Source: Phoronis australis
Lineage: Eukaryota > Animalia > Phoronida
Assembly (NCBI GenBank): GCA_002633005.1
Contig: NMRA01001106.1
Span: 1-54,247 of the forward strand
DNA length: 54,247 nt
Direction: 5' to 3'
Part shown: in pieces, positions 24,101 through 39,100 of the stretch
Numbering within the stretch: the stretch's first letter is position 1
Layout of the letters: every line of letters begins with the position of its first letter
The notes under the pieces: model-generated
What the model was told of the DNA's origin: nothing
The model's input: only the letters and a program-made list of their open reading frames with translations
The model's database searches: none
Translations under genes and position numbers: made by a program

Positions 24101-27100
24101 AACGTTTAGAGCAAATTAACATACTCGGGGGAGAGTGAACTTGTAAGGTGACATAAATGAAACATTACTGACCCCTCTAAGACGCTACAATACTTGTAAT
24201 GATTTCAACACTCAAGTTTTACAGGTGATTTTAAAACGTTGAAGTAAGAACAGAACATGGTGTAGACGTCGACTGTCAGAAATTACTGAGCGCCTCCATA
24301 ACTTCACAGCGACCCCTCCATGTTGTGTTTATACATCGGTTTAACGGCTTCCTGTTTAATGTAAAGTTGTAATGTTGAATGGACGATTACCTTTAAGAAT
24401 AGAAAAATATCAACGTTAAGTCGCCAAATATATTGTTGACACAATTCAAACCTCACTGTTTCTTAAGACGCATGTACCGGGTACAGATTGAAAATACATG
24501 TCGAAATCATGAGAAATAAAAAGTGTATTTACACACAACATGTTTAGTTAAACTTCAGATAGTCTACAGCTTTGTAACAAAGATAACATTGTCTTAATTA
24601 TAAAATCGTCTCAAGTAGTTTCTATTACCTCGTTTTGCTTGTTAACATTAGCGCCTGCTTTACACAAAACACGCGCCACCTCTGTATGTCCCCACTCTGC
24701 TGCACAGTGTAGTGCTGTGTAGCCGCCCTGCAGAAACAATAAACAAGTTATAGCAAACTTCACAATCATTAACTTCACCGTGAATCTTAATTACTCATCA
24801 CGGAAACGTTGAAATAACACAATTGTACACACAATAACTAAATCTACTCTCTGTTTATCATGCAATATATCAGTTGTCTTGTAATAGATCATCATTTATA
24901 AAGAACAAGTTTACATCGCTTTCGTAGTATGTTTGTTAGAGTCAGAAATAATCCTCAGAGCAAAGATTTGGCATGTTCATTAAAAATATGGGCGACTGGT
25001 TGTAGCTAGAACAATCATTGTTATTGACAATAACATGACCATGATCTTCACATTTAATAATCATTTTTAAGAAATCAATTTCATGAGAGTAAATGGTTTA
25101 ATTCATTTTTCGTTTTTAGCCAGATGAACAGGACGAAATTTAATTTGCTGCAAAAATGTTGACACAAAATATGATGTAATAGACATTAATGTGAAAGTCA
25201 AATATACTCTATTTGAAAGCTGCAATTACATGAGTAAAACTTTCGTGGTCGTCTGGTATCTTTTAATTAGGTCTACCGCAAAACAATTCCTTCTGGACGC
25301 ATGAATTGAAAAAACATACATGTACATGTAGTCAAACTAATTTATGAAGTACGGTTTCATTTTTTCCTGAGATCCAAAATAATTTCTAACAAATTAAAGA
25401 TAGGAACAATCGGAATAAAAGGATAAGAGAACATCAATATAGGGTGAATATGATATTGGCATGGGGTACTATCAAAACGAAACTGAAGTCTGAAGATGTT
25501 TAAGAAAATATAAGTTGGGCAATGTTTGGTATAGGGTTTGTTACAAGCCAAGAACACGGGCACTGGGAACACAATTCCACTTGTCTCGAACAAAATGCTA
25601 GCAGGAACAATATCCTGGAAATGATAAACCCTGCTCTACAAATTAAACACATGAAGAAACACATTTTACCAAAATCAATCTTCTTATCAAGATTGCTATT
25701 CAGAAAATCAATCAATCTTGTGGTTCCCATTTCGACGCAAACCCAACTTGTTCTGTTCTTGAGACGACGTGGCAGTGGTCTGGCCAGGCGAAGCGTTGCT
25801 TTTAAAAAGAGCGCTTTTCCAGACAGTTTTCGCGTGTACACGCGATAAATTGATACATTTGTCAGTTCTTGAATATATTTAAAGGGGCATTTCATTATCG
25901 CAAGAAATCAATTAAAGAGAACGTGACTAACGAAATAAAAGATGTTGCAATTTGAGTTTTTGACATTAAATTGACTCTTTCTACGCACAGACGTTCTAAA
26001 TGCTGTTTCGACAAGGATACAAATTTCTATGTTGTGCTAGAAAATTTTGAGATGATCGCTGATTTACCTCTTGAGATGGTTCTCAAAGAGAGAAAGGTAA
26101 AAAATATGTGGACTCAAAGAGCTTCATATGAAACGGTAATATCACGACCGCTTTAATGGCATGCAAACAAGGACTACCAAAAAGTTCAACATCTTGAACA
26201 TAAGCCGCTTAAACTACACGGCTACATGGCAAAATATGTAAAAAAAACTTACTGATGTGTACATATGGGAAATAATACAGTATAATATAGTAATAGCTCT
26301 CATACCAAAAATTATAACATGAACCGTAAAACATAAGTACAAAATATGGGAAATGATGCGTAATTATAGCAACATATTGCACCGTAAAACTAGTGCTTGT
26401 TTGAAAAATATCTAAATAAATCTTTAAAATTTAATTGTTTCTTAAAATCACTCAAGTAATACAATGCGTCGCGTCTACACCAGTACATCTATTATAGAAG
26501 ACCATCTGGACATCAATAATTAGACATGCATTTGCACGTCAACACTGTACTTCATTTCACTAGAGAATTCAAAATCTGATACAGAGCGATAAAAATGCCG
26601 CCGGATTGAAATCAAGCAAATGTCATTGCGTTCGTTTTAATTGTTTTGAAAAATAAATATTGAGTTCACAATACATGTACAGTGTACATTTATTAGTGAC
26701 CTTTTGAACGGAGCATCAAGATTAAATAACAAAATTAGGCCTATGTCACTTTCGCTTACTTTTTGACAAGTGTAATTCCAAGACAAGATCTTCAGTAGGG
26801 TGACATTCACTCGAAATGATTAATCTCATCATCCAATTTCATCAACCGAGTGCCCAGGAAACATCAAAATACAGCCGCACAACCATGACAAGAATGTTGC
26901 TAAAGTGTATTTTAAAAACAGAGTTACGTCGTTCCCGTTAACTAAGACCTATTATTGAACTCAGTCTCGACACATTAGCATATTGCAATAGTAGTACTGT
27001 AGAGACCAAAATTCTTATGAGAGCACGGGTTTTGGCCACTCGTATCAAGTCCATGTATGCAACTTAGAATTTCCAACATAAGCGTACTGAGATTTTATAT

Positions 27101-30100
27101 GTAGTACACTTCTCAGCATATACCAGGCAATTATGAAGCAACTCATGTGGGTCCGACCATAATTTTGTTGTTGCGCCGAAGCCAGTTCTGGGCCATGGCA
27201 GAATACATGATAAAACGTCACAAAAGAGCGACGTTTACAAAAATTCTGGAACGATCAACTTACCAAAGTTTGTGGTGAAAAAAATGAATTAATTTTTTAA
27301 GTAAAATGTCTTGATTATTCAATTACATTATCTCAGATAAATTTAGTATCGCATTGCGACACTGCTTGATCCTGTTGTTTTTGTGCACGGTCGAGGTCCC
27401 ATCAGGGGATAATGATTCGGAAAAATAAAGTAACATAATGTTTGAACATGCGTCTCGTTTTTCTTATCGCAAAAGACACAAAGCGTGTAAATTTCAACCC
27501 TACATCTATCAATAGCCAAACGACGAACACGACTTCTCTTTCAGCAGGCAAGTTTTGAGTTGGTACATGTAACTATTGCTACTAACATGTATGAACAAGC
27601 AGACGTAAAATTGTGAGCGATTAATAATATATGAAAATTTTTTACTCCTAGTGTCTTCAATTGACTACGTCACTGATTTTTAAAACTCGCTTGGAAAAAG
27701 TACTGTTCCAATTGAAACGTCAGCTAAAGATAATTAGAAGAGATGTTGCGGGTGGCTAAAATACATGTACCGTGGTTGTTAAGAATATCCAAACATTGAC
27801 GCCTTGGTGGTTGCATAGCACAGAAACATGGTACTTGCTTTTAACGTCTTCTTTAAACGGCGATCATTCGTAACAACGACCAAACTAAAGTTTGTGCCTA
27901 CAGTGTACATGTACAGTATTCGTTACCTTTGGAAGTTTTCGGAACAAGCGCCAACAGCTCTACTAATCGCCCTCTTAACTTTTGGAAGCCTTCAATAAAG
28001 CGCCAACAGCTCTGGCATGCCCCCACCCATAATTTCACTCACTGAAATTTATTTTCAAAACTGCAAGATGTATTTAAAATGCAGAAACCGGATCGTGATG
28101 TTTCGAGTCGCACGGTATAATTATGTGTGCAGTGATCGAAGGAGACATTGTATTGTATCCTGTTAGCGTACGCGTGGTTTGAATTTGTCACTTACGCAGT
28201 CTATAGTGGGTCCCACTCTCATTTTACTTACCGGTAACAACAAATTCATTTTCTAAAAGAGCAAGTCTTTCATCAACGTTCAAAAGCAAAATCCCGGATT
28301 CATTTTGTGCCTAAGAAGGTACGGCCTTGCCATAGTGACATGCATGCTAGGGTCACGTGTTGTTTTGAGGCTAATCTATTTTCAGCATACTTACATGTAT
28401 ATGGCACTTACACAGTGCTGTGGTGGGGCGTAGGCGCACGTCGGCGCAGCCAACCACCTTTAAGCATTTGAACATAGCGCCTATATCCACCGTAAGACAC
28501 GTTCAGCGCTCAAGGTGATACGATGGGCTTTGGGCGACTACATGTACTTACCTTTAATTTTACCACAACAGCACAGCACGCACAGTGTATCCGTGCTAAG
28601 GGAGCAAACTCGAATTACCCAATAATGGAAACCCGCACGGAATAGGTATTATTTGAAGCTTTTTATTTGATGAAAAGCTTATAATCGAAAACGTAAACAG
28701 CATTCCGTTCTTAATTGTTCGTGATGACCTGCCGTTTGTTGGATAACTGTTTGTCCTCTAATTTCTGCCCCCAAATCGATAGCGGTATATGCACAATACG
28801 TCATTCAGCTAGGAAAACGTTTTGCGGATTTTTTTCGACAGCATGTTTTTAGTCAGTCGAGTCGTAAAATTTGAAGAACAAACAAATGGAGGAAGATTGC
28901 ATTCAGAGTAAAAGCATAATGTATATATCTTTGCTTCTTTAACGACTTTGATTACAGTAACATAGCAGATCAATAATAAAAGAGTCGAGCGTATCTTTTG
29001 AACTATATGTATTACTTTCTTCTAGTTTACGATGCATATTTAGTAACTCAAAACGGTTAGAGAGCACTGGCTCAACTTTCACTTAGGCACAAAAACTTGC
29101 AACAAATTCTCTGAACTCACGAAAGGATGTGCTATAGTACGGTAGATATAGAAAACCCTTACGGGAAGGTCAGCCGGCAGGGAATTATTTGATTTGCATA
29201 ACAACATGCGCATCTAGGGCATTTCAAAAGCGGTCGAGGAAAACAGATGCATGTACATCAAACATGAAGAACTCAGTTATGCAAGCTGGAATTTGGGAAT
29301 ACTTAACGCCGAAGGTAAGAGCATTTTATCTAAACATTTTCTCGATGGCCTAAAAATCAATTTGGCGCATAAAAATTGCGGGTAATTTTTGCGTCCTGGA
29401 ATTTGTGACAGCAAGCTGGGATTTTGACAATGTCCCAAAATGTGGAGGTAAGGCGAGTTATTATAATTTTTGCTTGTGCCATGACCACAATGTTAAGTAT
29501 TGTCTAAGGATATAAACTATTGCTTGGATAAAGGCATTTCGTAACAATACCGAACAAGTGATACAACAAAAATAAACGCAAACCAAAAACAACGCTTTTT
29601 GCTCAGACCACATACATGTAGCAAATAACCCAGTCTACTAGACGTTGACTTTATAGTCGAGTATATGAAGCCATATATTTTTATTGCTTTACTGTGAAGC
29701 ACATATGCATGCATACACGGTGTATGGGCGTGGTACATTTACATGTATCTATACACATAAATATACACCTGCATGTGTATTTAATCAAGAAAAGTTGATC
29801 ACAAAATGTGACAAAACGACTAAAGCAATAAAAAATAATTGCTGCAAGTATACCCGTAAGTTTATTGATATATCTTATGTGTTTAACATTAATCTAAATA
29901 AAATGCAATAATACTATTTTGTGATTTCAAAACTCTGGAATACTACCTTTAAGTTAATGTTTAAATGAGGAAAGTCTAGCTAAGCAAAAATAACATTATA
30001 CGCTAATACTTTCTAAGATTCCGAAGAACCAAACAGAGCTACTTTACAGTGTAGTTGATAAAGAAATATTCTCGTTGAAGATATGCTTTAGCCGACAATA

Positions 30101-33100
30101 ATCTAACCCATACCGCTTTTACAACACGGAAACTACCCAAAATTATGTTCATCAGTTTCTGTGAAATCAGTACAAATACACTGTAGTACAAAGAGCATAA
30201 TCGATTACGCCATTTTGAGTAAACACTGGTAATGAACTTGTGAATCGGTCTACATTGAAAACATTTCATTTGAGTATCTTGAATATGTGTAACGCAATTA
30301 TTAGTTTTTTCTAATTTATATTTTCATCAGTCACACTAAGCGAAGATTCCGCTCAGTTTCGCAAGAAAGTGAAGTGTATGAAATCATTAATAACACTTTT
30401 CTGTGACTTTGTGATAATCTGATTAATACATTAAAGAGGACATTGGGATTCCAAGTAGAATCTGTTGATAAGCAAACGGATCTTTTATTTTTAATACTGT
30501 ACTCGGAAATACTTTGCTATTGACGATCAGTTTTCTCGAAGAATAAATCAAACCCACTAAAATGTAGAAACGTTTTGACAACCACGTTTTGTAAAAATAG
30601 GTTCGCTCGAGCCCCCCGAGCCTCCTCTGGTGCGCGCATTTGGTAACAAAGTTAACATATTTCGTTAAATTTTGAATCTGTAAGTTTTAACATTTGCCAC
30701 TTGGGGAATTGTTTGTGAAAATTATATCCCGGAAAATATACGTTTCACCATCAACCACGTTTGGATTGACAACTGTGCAAATATTTTGCCTGGAAAAAGT
30801 GAATACACCGTAACAAAATCTAGCGCAAATTTGGTGGAAATGTTGAACAGAGTGTATAAAACCATAGGCAACTGTGAATGTTAACATCAAATGACTGAAA
30901 GGTACGAAAGTTTTCGGCGTTCCTTTATTGTAACGGCAAAATCTGATAAATTGGCGTGCAGACAGAATTGTGAGCAAATCTGAAAAACCTGCAAGTCTTC
31001 CAGGCAACTGCGCTTACGTGATCGATGTTACTTAGAACAGCTCATCCGGAATCTGTGAACCAAGACAAAGTCGTTTGTCCTTAACTGCTGGGATTTTCTA
31101 CAAATCTTCTGTCACAAACCTAGCCTGTATGTATTAATACTACGTCAGATAAATATTTATCAGCTGCTTCAGTCGGAATCATCATGACGAAATACATGTA
31201 CGCAAGGTCAAATCGGAACTGTACACCTGAAATCTAATCGTTTTAATGAATGCCCCTTTAAATATTTCAAACAAGTGTTTCGCTGTAGCTAACACGTGTG
31301 CACGTAAGAACTGCCGTGCAAAGCGCTGCTTTTTTAAAGCGGAGCACGCGTCGTCATTTCAACTCATGGAACGACTTAAAAATTAGGTTTTGGAATCTTT
31401 GAATAGACAAAGGTCTTGCACAGAAGGTTAATTTAGATGAAAATGGTTTCAACGGGTTTATATAAATATGGGTTTTTAGAGCATTTGTTACCCGCTTACA
31501 TACTGATTTGAAGGTCTCCCCCGTGCCTTTTGTCCCAATGCTGTCTGTGCAAAAGGTTTTACACCCTCAGGAACTTTATTCTTCCTCCAATAACCTATTT
31601 TGATATTACCATACAAATGTATTTCGTGTTCACCCGGTATTGATGTCCCCTCTTTCCTCTTTATTTCGTTTGTTCCTTACACAAATTTGTAAGAGGTTAT
31701 TGCATGGTGTTCAGTGGAAATTCGCTATAGCTTCATTAATTTATGTGATTTTTCTTATCAATTTATAGTTGTCTGTCGAACATGTACTGGTCTGGGATAG
31801 GATACTAATAACCGCGACCCAGAATCCTGACTGTAGACAAGGGCGTGTGTCAGGTGAGAAGGCACCAACATTGGCAACCGTCGTTCCAAAATTACGTGAA
31901 GGTAGCAAAAAGTTGGATCGGTATTTACTATGGAAGACCTAGCAGATGGTTTAAAAACTGTGAAATACGAAAAACTTCCCTGGTTAGATGGATTTCCAAT
32001 GGATGTTTTTTCTGAAAATCATTGCTACCTACATGTATGTTACAGAGAACTGCTAAGTACACCTGTAGTTAAAACAGACGACCCACTCAATTACAGGGTC
32101 AAGATATAAACACGCTCATTCCTGAGAAGAAAAACACTCGTTGTAAGCTAAAGAATTGGAAACTCTTCTTTTTGCTTAATGCATGTTTTTCAGGTGTTGT
32201 TGCCGATCGAGTTAAAATGCAGTTACTCCCTGATATTCAAAAGGTCTATTTGGCGGGACGTTAAATATGAGAATATACATGCCTTCCTTGGACTACTGCT
32301 TCCAATCTTTTTCATGCGCGCACCCAGCCTTTAATACATGTGTATGGGGGCTCGAATTTCAGAGGATGTGGACCTTTTACATACAAAAAAGCCGATGGAC
32401 TAAAAAACGGGGTACCACGTCCAAAGATGCGAATTGTACGTTTGTGCCTTTTTAGTGGACTTTTTGTCTCATTTTTTCGGACTTTTTGTTTCTCTGAGGC
32501 GGACCTTTTAGTCCACTTCGCCAAATGGGAGGCTCACTCCCGTTGGGTGCGCGCATGAATTTCATGAGACAAATAATTCTTTTTTCACTAACTTTGCAAA
32601 ATATACTAGAAGTTGGTTTGAAGCACTATTAGAGAATTCAAATCTTGTTCTAACGCAATATTATACATTTCCTGAACTCTTTTCAACCAACCGCGGTTGT
32701 AGACTCTGTCTCCTTATTTTGGTTATATGCAGAGAGTAGTAGGCATCAGAGCCATCCACATACAACACTGTTGTAGAATATGTTATTCTTGGAATGGAGT
32801 TGCTGCAAGATTTGGGGTGCTGTCTGGACGTTGTTTAAACTAGTGCAATTTGCTGCACTTGTGACATTTTTCTCCAGATACTGTTCAGGAAAAAATCATG
32901 ATGCAAATGAAACGAATTTGAAAATACGGAGTGCAAACTGTTGCAATATACTGATGATGTTGCTCTTCTCGAAATCTAGGAAAGTTCACTCAAGTCATCA
33001 CTCTCATTAGTCGACAAGTCTGCAAATTTTTCAGACTTGAATCTCAATTTTGATAAAACTGTCTGTGTTTAGTGAAGCTGTATTCGGACCTCTAACACTT

Positions 33101-36100
33101 TGTGTCCAATGTAAACCTGACGCAAGAAGTAAGCATTTGTTTCTTTTCATATTGGTCTAAAATGCTGCCAATTGTACACGATAGTGTTATAGATTTAAGC
33201 TTTGATAATACCAAATTTGGTGCGTCTTTTTTCACTGCATCCATTCTTCGCTTGATTTTGCTTAGAAATGATTGTCTATGACATGGTGGATTGAAGATGA
33301 CGATTATCGCATTTTTAAAAATACTTTAAAACGTAAGAAACACTTTAATCCACAGTGATCAAGACTCGTGGGCTGAATTAATGTCACATCTCCTAATGTA
33401 CATGTAAACTAATAACAATTCTTTTTAAATGTTGAGCCTTATTCCGCCTCAGAGAAACAAAAACTCCGAAAAAAACGAGACAAAAGACCACTGATAAGGC
33501 AGGAACCAACTAAATTCAGCGAATGCCCAAATCATAGCTGTGAACGTACGTGCACCCTGTTTTTTCAATAAAGGTACTCATTCTCAAAATTGGAGCCCGC
33601 CATTTTTAGGCTGGTTGCATGCATGCACCTTATCATTTGGTCTATAATGTGACAAAGAACGAGAGGTGTAACCTACCATTGAGTTGAAATGGTAAATTTT
33701 AGGCGGGTTTACCAATTCCGTCAAAACTAAATTGTATTCTAAATTTTTTCGAACTCGTTTTGCCTTCTTTTCAAGTGCAGACACCGTGCATGTTGTGTAA
33801 CATGTTTACAGAATGGTTTGAGCCGACTTTTGGTTCACTGATTTGGCAAGGCGAACAAAATTAACTCATGACTTTTTATAAAATCACCAGATGGGAGATA
33901 CCAATCATATTTTATGTTCTCTTTGCTTGGATTACTTCACAAATAAAGCAACATCTTTTAAGATGTGGGTATTAAAATAACATTTGTTTGCGAACAGTCC
34001 AGATCATTTGCCAAATTTCCAAGTCGAAGAGACCCTACCACATGTCACACATTTACTAGAAAACCATCATCGATCAATGTTTGCAACCTCACGAACGTAA
34101 AATCACCCGTGAAGAAATTGTGGAAAACACGTCAATTCGGTACGTAGAATACGATGTGCTGCGATTGAAAGTATTCTAATCACTTTTGACTGCAATTAAG
34201 AAGCCAGCCTCCCGTTCAGTAACGCTAGGACCTCGCTAAAAGCAAGACTTCGTGAAATTACGTGAGACATGGCCGTGTGTTTTAAATGAGAACACGTGAT
34301 TTTGGCTAGATTTTAGCTAGGTCCTGGCGTAGGTCCTAGCGTTACTGAACGCACGTCTGTTTTGAATGAGCAGCAAACAGGGTTGCGCCGCACGTTACAG
34401 TTGTTTGCGTGACTTTCTCGTGACCCCCTTCGTTTGTCATTCTTTGCAGTGTTTCACAGCTGCCTTGTCTCACTGTGTGTGTCATCAGCTTATACTCTGT
34501 GGTGGCATTCCTGCGTCATTTTATCTTCACTTGCGAATGAAACAAGTACATGTACATGAATGTTTCGAAATATCGTGTGTCTTTTAATTATGTTGCTAGG
34601 TCAGTTACTGTATCTATGTTCAGTTGAGAGTAGAGTTTTGTTCCGAAAGTATGAACGCAACGGAACAAAGACTGTGAACAATGAAAAGTGTCGTGCATTT
34701 AACAAATTCTGTATAACCGAAAACTTTCTCCCGAAGTACCATCAGTTCAAGCTACACGACCGGGCAGCTGATAACGAACGGTTCACATGGGACACTACAG
34801 GCGCAAGCTTGTCCAACATGTAAGTATCCAGCCTCCCGTTCAGTAACACTAGGACTTCGCTAAAAAGCAAGACTTCGCGATTACGTGAGATATTGCCGTG
34901 TATTTTAATTTAGAGCATGTGATTTTGACTTGGTTTTAGCTAGGTCCTAGCGTAGGTACTAGCGTCTACTTAACGCACACCAGCTTATGCTCTGTGGTGG
35001 CATTACTGCGTCATTTTATATCCACATGAGAATGAAACAAGTACCCCGTGTGTTTCGAAATATTGTGTTAGGTGTACCTTTTGATTGACCTATCGCAAGT
35101 TCCGCCCCTTGCGAAATGTCGACAAACAAACAATAAATTTTACCTAGCGACGTGTTGTTTGTCGGGTAAAATGGCAGCTTGGAAACGAAGGTGTTTCAAG
35201 AATGCTGCATTCTGATTGGTCAGTAAGCCGTCACCCAAAATCCTGGGGATAAGTCAATTGTGACGTTAGGTCAGTTACTTCATCTATGTTCCGTTGAGTG
35301 TAGAGTTTTATTCCGAACATATGTACGAAGCGGAATAAAGACTGTCAGTAACAAAAAGTGTTGTGTGTTCCAATATGCAGAATCGATTAAACATTCATGT
35401 AAAAAGGTGATTGGTCCGACTATATAGCAAATAAATAATTACACCAATATAAAGATATGCCTCTATTGATCATTAATTTATTCAACAAAATTCTACTGAC
35501 AGAAGACAACCTTCTATTTGAAACTGGGATTATGGTACACAATTAGAAAAGAATTCAGAATCACTGCAGTCTTTCTTTAAAAGTGAATCAAATGTACAAT
35601 AACCTCATTTTCAATAACTTAATTTCACTTTGGTTTTATGAGTGAAAAGAGTACTACATCTCTCCTGTTTAAAGTTGTTCATGAGATACGATAACAATAT
35701 GAAAAAATGGGTTTAATGTTGGATAATTAATCCCCATTTGACAAGGTTTCACAAGATCTCTTCTTGTACAAATTTGTCTCTTATTGAATATTGCATACTC
35801 TGCATACGCTCTTCACTTCCCACGTGACATATAAATGTATCTATCTAATCGGGTAGTACGACCACTTGTAGATGACGTATTTTCTAAACCAGGTCTTGTT
35901 TATGAAGGGGTACAGAAAACTGGTCTCCCTTTTATTCTCTACATCAATTACAGACTTCCAAAAGCACCCATGACATAGTCAGTGATAAAGCCAAATTTTA
36001 TCCAAATCTCGAAACCATCCCAAGAACCAACTACATGTACAACTGAATCTACATGTACATGTAGGTTAGGCTCAGGATTCGTAAAAGGCACACACATGTA

Positions 36101-39100
36101 AACTTCAAGGTTGAGATAAAGTGTTCAACTAGAATTCCCAATTGTACACTGGCCTACATTGTATTCTTATTTGAGTCTGGATGGTGAAATTATTACCCAA
36201 AAACACTGGTAAAGACATCTAACCATAATAGAAGATGATGAAATGTCCTTTAAACCACACTGACGAGACCGTGCTCAAAAAAAATTCTAATCAACTTACT
36301 GAAAATTGTACAATGTATCGCATCTTTAATGCAAGTTTTAAATCGTCTGATAAGTACATACATGTACAATTTTAACGTTTTGACTATGGTGATATACTGC
36401 ACCAAGTACATGTAGATTATGCGGGAACATTTGCTTGAGCGTGAAAGACTATATTATCAAGCTTGCAATAATCATTACTGGTGTCAAGAAAGGGTCGAAT
36501 ATAGTCAAAAATCTTAAGTCGTCCAAAATGCAACTGTAATGAAAATTGCATTTAGGTAATAACACCTCAAGTTCTCAACAAAGTAAATAACATAAGTAAA
36601 ACAAAATTCGATCTGGGTAGAATTCAATAACGCTTGGAACTCGCTAGGCTACTAGTGAGATTACGCCGTGTATTTTAAAAGAGAACGCGTGAATTTGGAT
36701 AGTTTTTCGAAGCCCGAGACAGCTACCGATCTCTACCGGGGTCTCTTTCAGCATGCCTTCTCTAGTTCCGCCATCTTACAGTCGAGCCACTCGTAAATCC
36801 ACAATAACCAAAGCATAGATACATGTCACACCCTCCCAATATACACACGGAATTTAGAAATTATATATCATTATTAAGTACATTTTATACAATACTTTTT
36901 CTTAAAGAATAAAGTCTTTCTTCCTATAGTCCTATACCGCCGCACAACAACATAGAAAATCTGTCAACAGATTCAGGTCAAGATTATTGTTTAACCCTAA
37001 AAAAGTCGGACCCACTTTTCAAAAACTGTCTCTCTGGTGCGACTGTAGTCTGCCCAAATCGGCCAGTTTCTAATTGTTTGCACTATCATCGATCGTTTTC
37101 GGGATCCTTCTGGCGAACCCTGGAGACAGTCGACGATATTGCACGATATTGGTAAATATATTTTATGATCACTGATTCTCATGACTATCCCAATAGCATC
37201 TATAAACTGCTTCTTAGTAAAGTTGCCAGCATTTCCATACTAAACCGTCTTTATACGATAACTTCATTATATTTTTTCTCACCGACATACTACCGTAAAT
37301 CAAGAAAACATCTGCTATATTTACAATTTTTGCAGCTAAATGTGAATATTTTGTTATTACAGTTGTAATGTTACTACGATGTTCACCTGTTGCTTTGGTT
37401 AACAGTATAGAGTGTTGATATAGAAATATTCAACATAAAACCAGGAAAGCAATGCCATTATGATGAAACGTGTAACAATGGTCGTTTCTTTAAAAAGGTG
37501 CACTTCAAGCCAATGATGATCATACGAGCGTTTATGTGTGAATACTCACCCACGAAGTAAGTTCTTGGTCCACATCCCACCCACGATTTATATATTTCAC
37601 AAGTTCAGAACAATTGCCATTGTTTGCAGCTGCCCAAACCTGAAAATAATAACAAAAAACAGATTTTAAATCACGTAGTCTACATTCACTACCAGCATGG
37701 AATCATCCTTACAAGCAGAGAGCTTTCGTAGATGATATGAACAGTCCGGGAGTGCTCGGGTTGCTCATTGATCTTGACGCTGAAGACTATAGGAAAAACT
37801 TTTTCAAACTGTGACCAATGCTCATATCAAAGCTTCATAATAACCCTGCATTTACACAAACTTTAAAAACGAGAAACACATGTATCTGTCTCCTTCTGAC
37901 TCATTGTGTCCACGTTGACCTTCGTGTCCATTTCACCTACTGAAACCAGTTTAACACCATTTTCATTTCCACCTATTATGTTCAATTTCAGCATGCTGCC
38001 TACTGCAGTTAGTATCCTGCCCTCTCAAACATTGTGTTGGGGTAGGTATTAGCCCTTCGGTACCATTTAGCGGGGGGCATCGTCTTGAGTTGTTATTTGC
38101 TCATTCACGTACATGTAGCCTCTCGGAGTGTGTTTGTCGTTGAGGTATCGGCTCGGGTATATATTTATTAAGGATTTTGTGGCGTCATCTTGTTGTTGTT
38201 GTTGTTGTTGTTGTCATAATAAATCATAGAAATACTAACAAAATGACAGCATTTAAAGCGACTGGGTGGGTTTAACAAATTAGGCAACGTGGACCACCAC
38301 CTTTATTATAACCTTGTATCAGCAGTGCTGCAGCGATGAATTTTGTGGGACTGAAAACCCGCGAAACCCTGTGAATCAGCGTGAGCTTAGAATTTTGGAC
38401 TATCAGAAACGCAGACAACGTGGAACTCATATCCTTTATTTCACCAACTACTGGATTTTAACTTGACGTGTCCTTTGACTTAGATCCTCCCCGCGACATG
38501 ACACCATCACTTGACTTTACTCAATGTCCCCGCCCTCACTCTACCTGTTTTGCCACCCCCTTCCTCCTTGCTCGTAACAATAAGTTCTCCGTATCATGCC
38601 AGTTCCCATTTTTCTAATTCCCTGTCGTCGGTACTTCTTTTTTACTGTTTGTTCTTGATTCTTGCCCGTTCTTTGCTTAAGGTTATTTGAGACCCTCGAA
38701 ATATGGTCAAATCTTGCTCACGTTGGAATACCATATCTCACATACGGTATGTGTCATCGGATTCATATGAATCTCTCAGACATAGTAACTGATGCGATGT
38801 TCTCCAAAATCTTGTTAGTAATTGCGTTTCATTCTTTCCACCCGGGGCTATGAAATGTAGGACTTTCAGGATGATTATGAAAAAATCGAAAGGGGCATGA
38901 AACTAAAAGGAAATTATAATTTACAAAACTTTAGTACATTATTTGAGACTTTATTGTGTACATTGATATCGAACAGAATTCAGTAATGTTATTGATACCG
39001 TACATATAGTTTTGCTATGAATGTAGGTTTTATGCTTAAGTTTTCTAAAACGACATAATCACAAGAACCCATTACTTCAAATTGGTATCATGTCAAGAAT

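Larger units (their letters stand above)
23165..24210. repeat. Recent segmental duplication of an intron-exon-intron unit (about 23165-23553 and 23823-24210; offset 657)
   Basis: Near-identical intron sequence on both sides of the twin ankyrin exons. Confidence 0.95.
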
